Below are positions 20,205 to 28,796 of a stretch of DNA of 64,000 nt, piece by piece. Source of the stretch: Rubripirellula sp. (GTDB taxonomy: Bacteria; Planctomycetota; Planctomycetia; Pirellulales; Pirellulaceae); the NCBI GenBank assembly GCA_965216875.1, contig OZ244207.1, positions 2,112,001 through 2,176,000 of the forward strand, read 5' to 3'. The position numbers and the translations under genes were made by a program. Position 1 is the stretch's first letter, and every line of letters begins with the position of its first letter. The notes beneath the pieces are model-generated. The model made no database searches. It saw nothing but the letters and a program-made list of their open reading frames with translations, and had not been told where the DNA came from.

Positions 20205-21158
20205 CTAACGACGCCTGATCAAATCATCGCGTTCGATCTTTTCGGACTCGATGATCGGGGCGATCTGACTTAGGAAACGATCCGCATCGACGGGATAACC
20301 GGCCGTCGCTTTGAGTGGATCATCGCCTTGATGACGAGCCTGAAAGAACGCATTGAACGATTCCATCGCCCGCTCGCGCAGGTACTTTGCGATCATCGAC
20401 GAGAACGCCACGGGCGTGAACGAATCGCCTTTGACCGTAAAGTGGACGCGAACAATTCGATCGCCAAGGCCTTGCATCTCATAAACGCTCTGCATCTTCG
20501 ATTCACTGACCACTCGCACGATCGAGTCGGGAAAATGATGTTGAAGCAGTCCCGCGTAATACCTCCGACCGCCGTGACGGTCACAAAAGACGGTTGCATC
20601 TTGTGATCGAGAAGATTGAGCTTCAAGCAGGTCCGCAACAAGCTTGATGGTGGACGCCGAGAGCACTTCCGCCTTGTTCCCATGTTGGCAAAGCGCGTTG
20701 AAACGCTTTGCCGGTACGATGTCGACCTGAGTTTGGCACAACGTTGCCCCCTGGCGGTTCCACTCCTTGATGAGGGAGTCGGTTTGCTCGTCGCCAAGCA
20801 ACGGGGCGGAGTCGGAATCGCGCAGCCAGGGAGTCGCCTTGAGTGTCTGAGCGGCGTTCGAATCAATCGTGTCGATCCAGTCCGAAAGAGATTGTGATTG
20901 TGGACTCGACCACCGCGCCGCCGCGCTGGCCACCGCGTGAAGAATCTCGAGCCCACCACCAGGCTTATAGACCGCTTTGGAGTCATTTACCACGACCATT
21001 GAATTGCCGCACGCGAGTTTTTGCCGCAGCGGTTCAAAGAAGTGATCGAGTTCATCTTGGGTGAAACCGCTCGAGGGCAACTCCCAGGCGGTTGCAGCGA
21101 CGACCAATGGCCCAAGTTTTGGTCCGTAGCCCGCTTCGTCTGTCGCAATCAATCGCAT
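20205..21158 (-). CDS. RNase HII-fold nuclease-like protein with insertion
   Basis: DEAGYGPKLGPLVV, NDSK, CDRHGG, KGDS..VAFSSMIAKYLRE, GYP motifs of the RNase HII family; 317 aa. Confidence 0.75.
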   Translation of the reverse strand: MRLIATDEAGYGPKLGPLVVAATAWELPSSGFTQDELDHFFEPLRQKLACGNSMVVVNDSKAVYKPGGGLEILHAVASAAARWSSPQSQSLSDWIDTIDSNAAQTLKATPWLRDSDSAPLLGDEQTDSLIKEWNRQGATLCQTQVDIVPAKRFNALCQHGNKAEVLSASTIKLVADLLEAQSSRSQDATVFCDRHGGRRYYAGLLQHHFPDSIVRVVSESKMQSVYEMQGLGDRIVRVHFTVKGDSFTPVAFSSMIAKYLRERAMESFNAFFQARHQGDDPLKATAGYPVDADRFLSQIAPIIESEKIERDDLIRRR

Positions 21159-21450
21159 CCTTCACCCGTCTCGCTGTGCTGGTCGTAGGGATGATACCGA
21201 AGCAAGCTCGACTTGCCACCAGCATGGTGCCGTCTGTGCTCAGTCAATCGCACTCGTTTTCCCGTAGGGCGGGCCGGCATGATCGTGACAACCGGACCAG
21301 CTTGAACGTGGAAGTTGCCTGAGGTCCTCGGATGCTCGTGGGCAGTGAATTTTGTCCAGCACACCCCGATAGCGGGACGTAAAGTTTGGCTGATTCTGTG
21401 TGCGCAGTCTTCGCAAACACAGGGACTCACGCACTTGCATCGATGCGATC

Positions 21451-22659
21451 ATGTCAACAGATAACAACACTGTCAGTGCAGCTGCCGCATGGCTCGTTCC
21501 CGATTCGGCCAGCGAGCACTTAAACGGTGAGGTTGAGCGCCTCGCTGAAGCATTGACCGTCAAATTCGAAGAACTGACGCTGATTCACCAACTCAGTGAA
21601 CGGCTAACGCTCGACGAAGACTCGGACGTGATCTGCGAAGCCCTCTTGCATGAGCTCGGTCCCTGCATCAATGCCGACACCTTGGCGATCGATCTGGTCT
21701 CGGACGACGACTCGCAACAAGCCGCGAAGCTGTATCAAACCGGCGAATCTCGACAGCTCGATTGGTTGCAACGGGTTGCGAGCGAAGCCGTGATCGCGGC
21801 GTTCAACGGTGATCACGAATCCGAGAACCGGCGGATCGCAATCTCGAACGATCCCGGAGCGAACGATGTCAAGGTTCGCGCCGTGATCGTACCGATCGAG
21901 CGACAGGGCATGCTGCTTGGACGCATGATCGCTGTTCGAACCATCGATCAAGCTGAATTCGGTACCGTCGAAGCCGACTTGATGAAGTCCACCTCGATGA
22001 TGCTTGGCGCTCACCTGATCAATCAGCGCCAGTACCGCGAAATGCAAAGCATGTTCGAGGGCACGATCCAATCGCTTGTTTCGGCTCTGGATGCAAAAGA
22101 TGCCTACACATGTGGCCATAGCTCACGCGTCGCGGACCTCGCAGTCGAACTCGCTCAACGTCTCGGGTTTGATGAAGACCACGTTGCCACGATTCGGATG
22201 GCGGGCATCCTGCATGACATCGGGAAGATTGGCGTTGAGGATTCCGTGCTTCGCAAGCCGGGACGATTGACCGACGAAGAATTCGAACAGATCAAGCAGC
22301 ACCCAGTGCTCGGCTACGAAATCCTGCAAGGGATTCGTCAATTCCGCAAGATTCTGCCGGCGGTGCGTCACCATCACGAATCTTGGGATGGCACCGGCTA
22401 CCCTGATGGTCTGTGCGGCGAATCGATTCCGAGAGACGCACAAGTCCTTGCCGTTGCCGATGCGTTCGACGCCATGACAAGCGACCGTCCCTACCGAACG
22501 GGAATGCCGCTCGATAAGGTCATTTCAATCTTCGAGAAGGGACGCGGGACGCAGTGGGCCGCCGATGTGGTTGACGTTTTGCTCTCGTGCCCTGAAGTCA
22601 TGCACGCCTACGCAAATCACCAATCCGTCGAAAGCGGAAGTGACGGGACGGCTGCTTAA
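21451..22659 (+). CDS. HD-GYP cyclic-di-GMP phosphodiesterase with GAF-like N-terminus
   Basis: DAYTCGHSSRV, LHDIGKIG, HHHESWDGTGYP, VADAFDAMTSDRPYR all intact. Confidence 0.9.
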   Translation: MSTDNNTVSAAAAWLVPDSASEHLNGEVERLAEALTVKFEELTLIHQLSERLTLDEDSDVICEALLHELGPCINADTLAIDLVSDDDSQQAAKLYQTGESRQLDWLQRVASEAVIAAFNGDHESENRRIAISNDPGANDVKVRAVIVPIERQGMLLGRMIAVRTIDQAEFGTVEADLMKSTSMMLGAHLINQRQYREMQSMFEGTIQSLVSALDAKDAYTCGHSSRVADLAVELAQRLGFDEDHVATIRMAGILHDIGKIGVEDSVLRKPGRLTDEEFEQIKQHPVLGYEILQGIRQFRKILPAVRHHHESWDGTGYPDGLCGESIPRDAQVLAVADAFDAMTSDRPYRTGMPLDKVISIFEKGRGTQWAADVVDVLLSCPEVMHAYANHQSVESGSDGTAA

Positions 22660-22673
22660 GTGCACCCAGCCAC

Positions 22674-23825
22674 TCACTCTTCGCCACGTTCCTTTCGCAG
22701 CGATTGACTCACTCGACCGAGAATCTCTCGGTCTTCTTCACTAAGTGATTCATGTCCCTCTTCGTGAATCCGTGTCAGGATTGCATCCAGCCGCGCGACA
22801 TCATCTGCCTCGCGCCGCTCTTGCTCCATCGCATGGACCACGCGCCGGCGTTCACCGCGAACCGACATCGCTCGCTTCGCTTTTGCAATCCATCCGATCG
22901 GTTCTGCTGGCTGGTCAAGCATCACCGTGGCAAGGCGATCATCTTCGTCTTCCGGGCGAACCTTCCAGACCTGATGGCCCAACATCCATTCACCCAAGTC
23001 AGGCGATCGGCACGATGTCCAAAGCAGAATGGCAAGCACGAAAAACATTGGCCACCGTGGTATCGGTGCCGCCGCATCCAGACTGACCAGCGCCGCGGCA
23101 CCAACCATCGTGACCGCCGCAAGTGCGAACAGCAGTCGTCGAAAAATATCAACTTGTTGAACGGTATCGAGCTTCGGTGAACTGAAGCTGACAATCGATG
23201 CCATGATCTGGCGACCGAACGTGCGCTGGAGCGGAAACAGGTGACACAAGACTTGGACCCACAACAACCACGCGCCCACTTTGAGTGTCGAGTCGACAGC
23301 GGCAAGTTCGACATTCGGCGCCGAAAGGATGGGCGACTTCGTCGTCTGCTCAACGACCGGCTTTTGAAAATCGCCGGCCGCCCACCAAAGAAACATCCCG
23401 CCCAACACGAGCGCCAAGATCGGGAAGACCGCCGTGAAGAAGGAAAGCCCAGCAGGAATTCGCCGAGGCGTCGTGCGAATGCCGATCAGGTTAATCGTTA
23501 GCTGCGGAAACCAAATGCCGCAAGCCGAGCCAGCAACCAGCTTGGTCGCCAATTGGATCAACCACCCCATCACCCAGAATCCCAGTCCCATCAGCCCAAC
23601 GACGGGAAGGTCGGCGTTGGTTTGATTGTCGCTCACCAGCAGGACCACCACGGCGACGACCAAAACGATCGGCATCACCGCCGGCGAAAGATTCAAGCGT
23701 GTTCGCCCCAGTCTTCCCAGCGAAAAAGCAAGCGCAGAAGTGATCGGCCTCTCGACCACCGGGGCTGCACAGACCTTGTTGGATCCTGACTTGCCGGGAC
23801 CAGGTTGCCCAGCCCCAGAATCCAT
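22674..23825 (-). CDS. membrane protein resembling a site-2 protease (M50) without HExxH, with DUF6576-like tail
   Basis: Multiple TM helices; HLFPL where NLLP is expected; C-terminal RLDAILTRIHEEGHESLSEEDREIL. Start uncertain. Confidence 0.65.
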   Translation of the reverse strand: MDSGAGQPGPGKSGSNKVCAAPVVERPITSALAFSLGRLGRTRLNLSPAVMPIVLVVAVVVLLVSDNQTNADLPVVGLMGLGFWVMGWLIQLATKLVAGSACGIWFPQLTINLIGIRTTPRRIPAGLSFFTAVFPILALVLGGMFLWWAAGDFQKPVVEQTTKSPILSAPNVELAAVDSTLKVGAWLLWVQVLCHLFPLQRTFGRQIMASIVSFSSPKLDTVQQVDIFRRLLFALAAVTMVGAAALVSLDAAAPIPRWPMFFVLAILLWTSCRSPDLGEWMLGHQVWKVRPEDEDDRLATVMLDQPAEPIGWIAKAKRAMSVRGERRRVVHAMEQERREADDVARLDAILTRIHEEGHESLSEEDREILGRVSQSLRKERGEE

Positions 23826-23965
23826 CGTGTTGGCGGCAGGCATCGGAAGCATCAGGGGTGGTGGGATCGATGGGGGACAAAGGGCAAGGAAGGCACTTCC
23901 CCCGTTTCGTGCCACTACGGATCAAGGCGTCACAGGGTTCTCGATTTGAACGCGATCCAGGAAAG

Positions 23966-24042
23966 TCGAATTCTTTCGATTTCGAGGTTGACTCCTTAAG
24001 CAAGTCGCGTATCTAATGATTTCGATGTTCGAATTCTTTCGA
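23966..24042 (+). promoter_or_regulatory. sigma-70 promoter with three TCGAA-N4-TTCGA operator candidates
   Basis: TCGAATTCTTTCGA at 23966-79 and 24029-42; degenerate TCTAATGATTTCGA at 24012-25; TTGACT at 23988-93 and TCTAAT at 24012-17; SD GGAGG at 24049-53. Confidence 0.7.
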
Positions 24043-24059
24043 TTCGCTGGAGGCATGTT

Positions 24060-24449
24060 TTGGCACGGCACACGACGCGGCACCCAACCGACCTGGAACT
24101 CGAAATCCTCAAGCGGCTTTGGCAAAGCGAACCGCTCAGCGGAAGGCAGATCCGCGATGCTCTGAATCCGGAACGTGAGTTGACCTACCAGTCGGTCATG
24201 ACCGTGCTGGGGATCATGGAGGAAAAGGGATACGTCAAGCGGAAGAAGGAAGGCAGCTCGTACCTTTATCGGGCTCGGGTCACCGAACAGGCGACCTCCA
24301 AAAACATGCTGGCCGATCTCGTCCAGCGTTTGTTCAACGGATCGGCGACAGCCGCAATGTTGAACCTGCTTGAAACTTCGGACTTGAGCGATGAAGAGCT
24401 TTCGAAGTTACGTGATTCGGTCAATCGCAAACACGACCAGGGGGAGTGA
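24060..24449 (+). CDS. BlaI/MecI/CopY family repressor
   Basis: PTDLELEILKRLW, TYQSVMTVLGIMEEKGYV, LVQRLFNGS; TTG start 6 nt after GGAGG. Confidence 0.92.
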   Translation: MARHTTRHPTDLELEILKRLWQSEPLSGRQIRDALNPERELTYQSVMTVLGIMEEKGYVKRKKEGSSYLYRARVTEQATSKNMLADLVQRLFNGSATAAMLNLLETSDLSDEELSKLRDSVNRKHDQGE

Positions 24450-24453
24450 TCCG

Positions 24454-27177
24454 ATGCAATGGGATTTAGAGTTCTGCACGACGTTGATCAAAGCGTTCGG
24501 GCACTTCGTTTGGCAAGCGACCCTAATTGGCGGTTTGTTCGTTGTCGCGATGAACGCACTCCGCCGTTCATCTCCGAGCGCGCGATACAACCTCGGTTTA
24601 ATGACGCTCGTGCTTCTGGCCCTTTGTGTCCCTGTGACGTTCGTCTACTTGGCCCAAGACACGACGGATGCGGCGCTGCCTGTGGCCGCGGTTGTCACAG
24701 ATCCGAGTCCCGATCCAACTTTGATGATGCAAAACGCCGATGCTTCAGTTGGCAGTACGCTCGTTCAACAAGCAGACCCCCAACGTGTCTCCGTCCCCGG
24801 CGGAATCCTTACACCCAGCGTGAACGCATCGGCCGAGACGGCGAGCTTTGAAATTGTGCATTGGTCGCCTTGGATCATGCTGGTTTACCTTTGCGGGGTC
24901 GCATTCTTTGCGCTCCGATTGGCCGTGGGTGTGAGCATCGGTCGACGGCTCCGTCGAGCAGGCGAAGAGGTCAGCGACGCGCGTTTCTTGTCGACAATCG
25001 ATCGTGCTTGCAGCGCCGTGCGTTTGCGCAGCCGTCCATCGATTCTGTGGTGCAAACGAGCCGTCGTTCCTGCGGTGGTGGGGATCCTCCGTCCTGTCGT
25101 TTTATTGCCGATGGCATGCCGCAACGGTTTGACCGCCGAACAACTCGAGCAGATTCTGATTCACGAACTGAATCACATTCGGCGGTTCGACCACATCGTG
25201 AACCTTCTTCAAACAACACTTGAGGCGATCCTTTTCTTTCACCCCGTGGTTTGGCTGGTCTCGCGCCGAGTGCGGCTTGAACGCGAGTTTTGTTGCGACG
25301 CGGCGGTGCTGAAGTCGGGCGTGCCGACGGTTGACTACGTGAATCTGTTGATTGATGTTGCCGAGCAATGTCGCAACAACGAGAACGCTAAAGTGGTGCT
25401 GCAAGTTCCTGCGACCGACAAACAATCAGAACTCGCACTTCGCGTTGAACGCATGTTGGGCAATCATGCGGGTCGCCGCTCGACAGTGGGTGGCGCGAGC
25501 TTGTTTACGATCCTTGCGACACTCATCGCATTCCTGACCCTGGCCGTCCAACAGCCTGCAGCGGCCGATCCCGCGATTCCGCAAGAAGCGACTGCGCAAC
25601 CGGCCGACGACTCCAAACAAGCAAGCGACACGACTCCAAACAACGCGGTGAATACCGAGAAACCTGCGGCTGAAGGCGAGATCGTTGGTGTGGTCATCGA
25701 TCGCGAGGGCAAGCCGATCGAAGGTGTACTGATCGATGCCTGGACTTGGGCACCTGGATCGGAAACCAAAACCGACAGTCGCGGTCGATTTCGGTTGGAT
25801 GGTCAGGCGGACAATCGAGAGAAACTGGAGGTCCGTTTCAGCAAGCAGGGCTATTCACCTCACTACATCGTCCAGCAGCCGACCGGTGGGCCAAGTTTGA
25901 CGATCACCCTCGGACGCCAAACTTACATCGAAGGTCGCGTGCTTGATCCCGACGGCAAACCTGTCGCTGGTGCAACGGTGATCGGTGAGCAGGGGGCGAA
26001 ACAAGGTGATGGCGTCCATATCAGCAGCGTCAAGACAACCACGCGATCTGGTCAGGACGGCAAGTACCGAATGTACGTCTTTCCCGATGTCTACGAGATG
26101 AAGGTTGCGGTCCCTGGATCGGGAGTCGCGCGAATCTCGGACGTGTCGGTCTCCCCCGACGAAGCCAAGACGCTCGACATTCAGCTTGCCAGAGGTGTGC
26201 GTTTCGAGGCGAATGTGATTGATGCCGACACGCGTGAGCCGGTCGAAGGGTTCGTACTTTGGTCGTGGCGTCATCGCAATTTCATCGGCAAGTCGGATCC
26301 CCGCGGGACGATTGTCATTGACGGGATGTTGCCAGGGAAATTTGAATTCAATGTGGGACATGGCGAACCTCGCAAATACCAAGACATGACCTATTACGAC
26401 CACGGGGATCTCGGACGGTGGTGGTCGAATGACGCGATCGGCCATGACGAGACACTGACGCTCGAAGAAAGCGGTTGGCAACGCAACTTTGATGATTTGA
26501 CCTTTGATCTTTCCGTTGGCATGCCGCCCGTCACGATCGAGGTCGAAAAGGGTGTTGTCTTTAAGGGCCGAGTGCTCGATCCAAATGGCAAGCCCGTCGC
26601 TGGCGCCACCGTGGCTCCAGCCCACACCGGGACGGGCAACTCATTGACCGGCGACACTCGCTATAGCGTGACGACCCAAGAGGACGGAACCTATCGGGCG
26701 GTGATGCCCGCCGGAAACGCTGTCGCGTACAACTTGGTCGCGCACGACGGTAAATACCAACAGTGGCGAAACTGGGCCAACGGCGTCACCCAACCGCGAC
26801 ACACGTCCCCCGGCGAAACGATCGATGGATACGACCTCCAACTCGTGAGGCCGTGCAGTGTGATCGGTAAGGTTGTTGCTAAGGGCGGAAAGCCAGTGAA
26901 AGGGTTGCGCGTTCGAGCCCATGCCACCGATCTGTTTGGGAATCGCTATTACGATCCGACGACGCGCACTGATGCGGATGGCAACTTTGAGCTCAAGTTC
27001 ATCCGCCCAGGTGAACACCATATTCAAGTCGAGCCATTTTGGTTGTCCGGTGGCGATGCCCCTGGAGCGTCGTCAGTCCGAGTGCGACTCGGCGCTGGCG
27101 AGGTGCAACAAGGAATCGAGTTGCAGCAGCCCGACGAGCAACCTCAGTTCTTCATTCCAGCGCCCGCCGCGCCCTAA
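24454..27177 (+). CDS. BlaR1-like M56 metallopeptidase with repeated carboxypeptidase-regulatory-like beta domains
   Basis: TM helices, HELNHIRR, FFHPVVW, EREFCCD; repeated GRVLDPDGKPVAGATV-type units. Confidence 0.9.
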   Translation: MQWDLEFCTTLIKAFGHFVWQATLIGGLFVVAMNALRRSSPSARYNLGLMTLVLLALCVPVTFVYLAQDTTDAALPVAAVVTDPSPDPTLMMQNADASVGSTLVQQADPQRVSVPGGILTPSVNASAETASFEIVHWSPWIMLVYLCGVAFFALRLAVGVSIGRRLRRAGEEVSDARFLSTIDRACSAVRLRSRPSILWCKRAVVPAVVGILRPVVLLPMACRNGLTAEQLEQILIHELNHIRRFDHIVNLLQTTLEAILFFHPVVWLVSRRVRLEREFCCDAAVLKSGVPTVDYVNLLIDVAEQCRNNENAKVVLQVPATDKQSELALRVERMLGNHAGRRSTVGGASLFTILATLIAFLTLAVQQPAAADPAIPQEATAQPADDSKQASDTTPNNAVNTEKPAAEGEIVGVVIDREGKPIEGVLIDAWTWAPGSETKTDSRGRFRLDGQADNREKLEVRFSKQGYSPHYIVQQPTGGPSLTITLGRQTYIEGRVLDPDGKPVAGATVIGEQGAKQGDGVHISSVKTTTRSGQDGKYRMYVFPDVYEMKVAVPGSGVARISDVSVSPDEAKTLDIQLARGVRFEANVIDADTREPVEGFVLWSWRHRNFIGKSDPRGTIVIDGMLPGKFEFNVGHGEPRKYQDMTYYDHGDLGRWWSNDAIGHDETLTLEESGWQRNFDDLTFDLSVGMPPVTIEVEKGVVFKGRVLDPNGKPVAGATVAPAHTGTGNSLTGDTRYSVTTQEDGTYRAVMPAGNAVAYNLVAHDGKYQQWRNWANGVTQPRHTSPGETIDGYDLQLVRPCSVIGKVVAKGGKPVKGLRVRAHATDLFGNRYYDPTTRTDADGNFELKFIRPGEHHIQVEPFWLSGGDAPGASSVRVRLGAGEVQQGIELQQPDEQPQFFIPAPAAP

Positions 27178-27780
27178 ACTGAGCCGAAGGCGCTAGCCTC
27201 GGGCCCTACACAGAATCAAGCAACTCTCTGCTCTTTCCAAAACCAAACCACAATCGAAGATCGAAACCGCAAATGAACGTAAATGAACGTAAATGAACGT
27301 AAATGAACGTAAATGAACGTAAATGAACGCAGATAACTCAAAACCAATCTGCGTTCATCGGCGTCCATCTGTGGTTGCCTTTCTAGCGCATCCAAACGCC
27401 CCGATTCTGAACAACGATTTGCATACTGAGGCGAAGGCGCTAGCCTCGGGCCCTACACAGCCCCAAGCAACTCCCCGCTCTTTCCAAAGTCAATCCGCAA
27501 TCGAAGATCGAAACCGCGGATAAACGCAAATGAACGCAGATGATCTAAGCCCAATCAGCGTTCATCTGCGTCCATCTGTGGTTGCCTTTCTAGCGCATCC
27601 AAACGCCCCGTTCCTGAACAACGATTTGGAAACTGAGCCGAAGACGCTAGCCTCGGGCCCTCCGCAGCCTCAAGCAACTCCCCGCTCATTCCGGAGCCAA
27701 ATCAAAATCGAAGATCAGAACCGCAGATAAACGCAAATGAACGCAGATAACCCAAAACCAATCTGCGTCCATCTGTGGTC
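27177..27780. repeat. tandem array of about 2.7 composite palindromic units (207-nt base unit) with AAATGAACGT decamer expansion
   Basis: REP motif starts at 27180, 27427 and 27634; five perfect AAATGAACGT copies plus one variant at 27271-27330. Confidence 0.92.
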
Positions 27781-27817
27781 GACGTTCTGCCGAATCAAAA
27801 CGACAGCTTGCAAGTCC

Positions 27818-27869
27818 GTAGTACCGCGATTTATCCGGAATCTAATTCCTTTCCGCCTAATGGCGCTAC
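27818..27869. repeat. degenerate GTAG...CTAC REP-like element
   Basis: Starts GTAGTACC and ends GGCGCTAC; related to the reverse complement of 63580-63601. Confidence 0.45.
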
Positions 27870-27933
27870 GACAAACGTAGTTATTCGTAAGGAATGAGAA
27901 TGACGTCCGGGCGCGTGCCGTACACAGCAATCG

Positions 27934-28641
27934 CTACTCTTCGCTCGCCAGAATGTAGCCGACACCGCGGACCGATTTGATCCGCTGCGGCTTGTTCGGA
28001 TCATCACCGATCTTCTTGCGAAGACGTGAGATTCGCAGGTCAATGGAGCGGTCGAGACCATCGTAACGCACGTCCAACAGATCTTGATAGATCTGATCGC
28101 GTGGCACGACTCGACCGGCATGTTCAGCCAACAGCCATAGCAGGTCAAACTCTGCCGTTGTCAGGTCAACATCGCTGCCAGCAAGGACGACTCGACGGCT
28201 TGCCGAGTCGATGGTCAATTCCCCAACCGAAATGCGCGTCGTTTGGCTGGATGACGGCGTCGTGTCGACGCGCCGCAGGTGCATTCGAAGCCTCGCCAGT
28301 AGCGCGCGGGGCCGAACCGGTTTGGCCATGTAATCGTCGGCGCCCACTTCCAACGCGACCACTTCATCAATCTCGTCACCACGTGCCGTCAGCATCACGA
28401 TGGGGCCGAGAAAATCATTGCGCACGGCGCGGCAAATCTCGATGCCGTCCATTCCTGGCAATCCAATGTCCAGAACGAGTCCTTCGAACTCTTCGTCTTG
28501 AACTCGTTTGACCGCCGAGACGCCGTTAGCTTCCACCGTCACGACAAACCCGTGTTCACCCAGAAAATCCGCAACCATCGAAGCAAGTTGAGAGTCATCT
28601 TCGACCAACAGGAGACGGTAGGGGGCGTTCGATTCGACCAA
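27934..28641 (-). CDS. OmpR/PhoB-family response regulator (RstA-like)
   Basis: LLVEDD, LDIGLPGMDG, MLTA, GADDYMAKP; winged helix LTTAEFDLL...RSIDLRISRLRKK..VRGVGY. Confidence 0.93.
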   Translation of the reverse strand: MVESNAPYRLLLVEDDSQLASMVADFLGEHGFVVTVEANGVSAVKRVQDEEFEGLVLDIGLPGMDGIEICRAVRNDFLGPIVMLTARGDEIDEVVALEVGADDYMAKPVRPRALLARLRMHLRRVDTTPSSSQTTRISVGELTIDSASRRVVLAGSDVDLTTAEFDLLWLLAEHAGRVVPRDQIYQDLLDVRYDGLDRSIDLRISRLRKKIGDDPNKPQRIKSVRGVGYILASEE

Positions 28642-28796
28642 CGGAAAGACCAGGGGTTGCGCGACGTTGAATGAGCAAACGCGGCAAGCAGTGTGCCGCT
28701 AGAGAACAAAATACCACTCCTTGGCATCCTTTGCATCATTCAGAAACGAGCCGATACAATCCGCGGCGATCGCAAACGCTAACAAGATAGGGAAAC

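Noticed and set aside
21359..21385. c-di-GMP-I (GEMM) riboswitch-like words (GCACAC...GGGACGTAAAG) upstream of the HD-GYP gene
   Set aside because: The loop is not GNRA, the stem is too short, and no tetraloop-receptor hairpin follows; an Infernal search would be needed to revive it.
27323..27730. Two similar 66-aa ORFs (MNADNS.../MNADDL...)
   Set aside because: They arise from translating the tandem palindromic DNA units; no SD or protein motif seen.
27177..27780. Possible CRISPR array
   Set aside because: Units are over 200 nt and homologous along their whole length, there are no unique spacers, and no cas genes are present.
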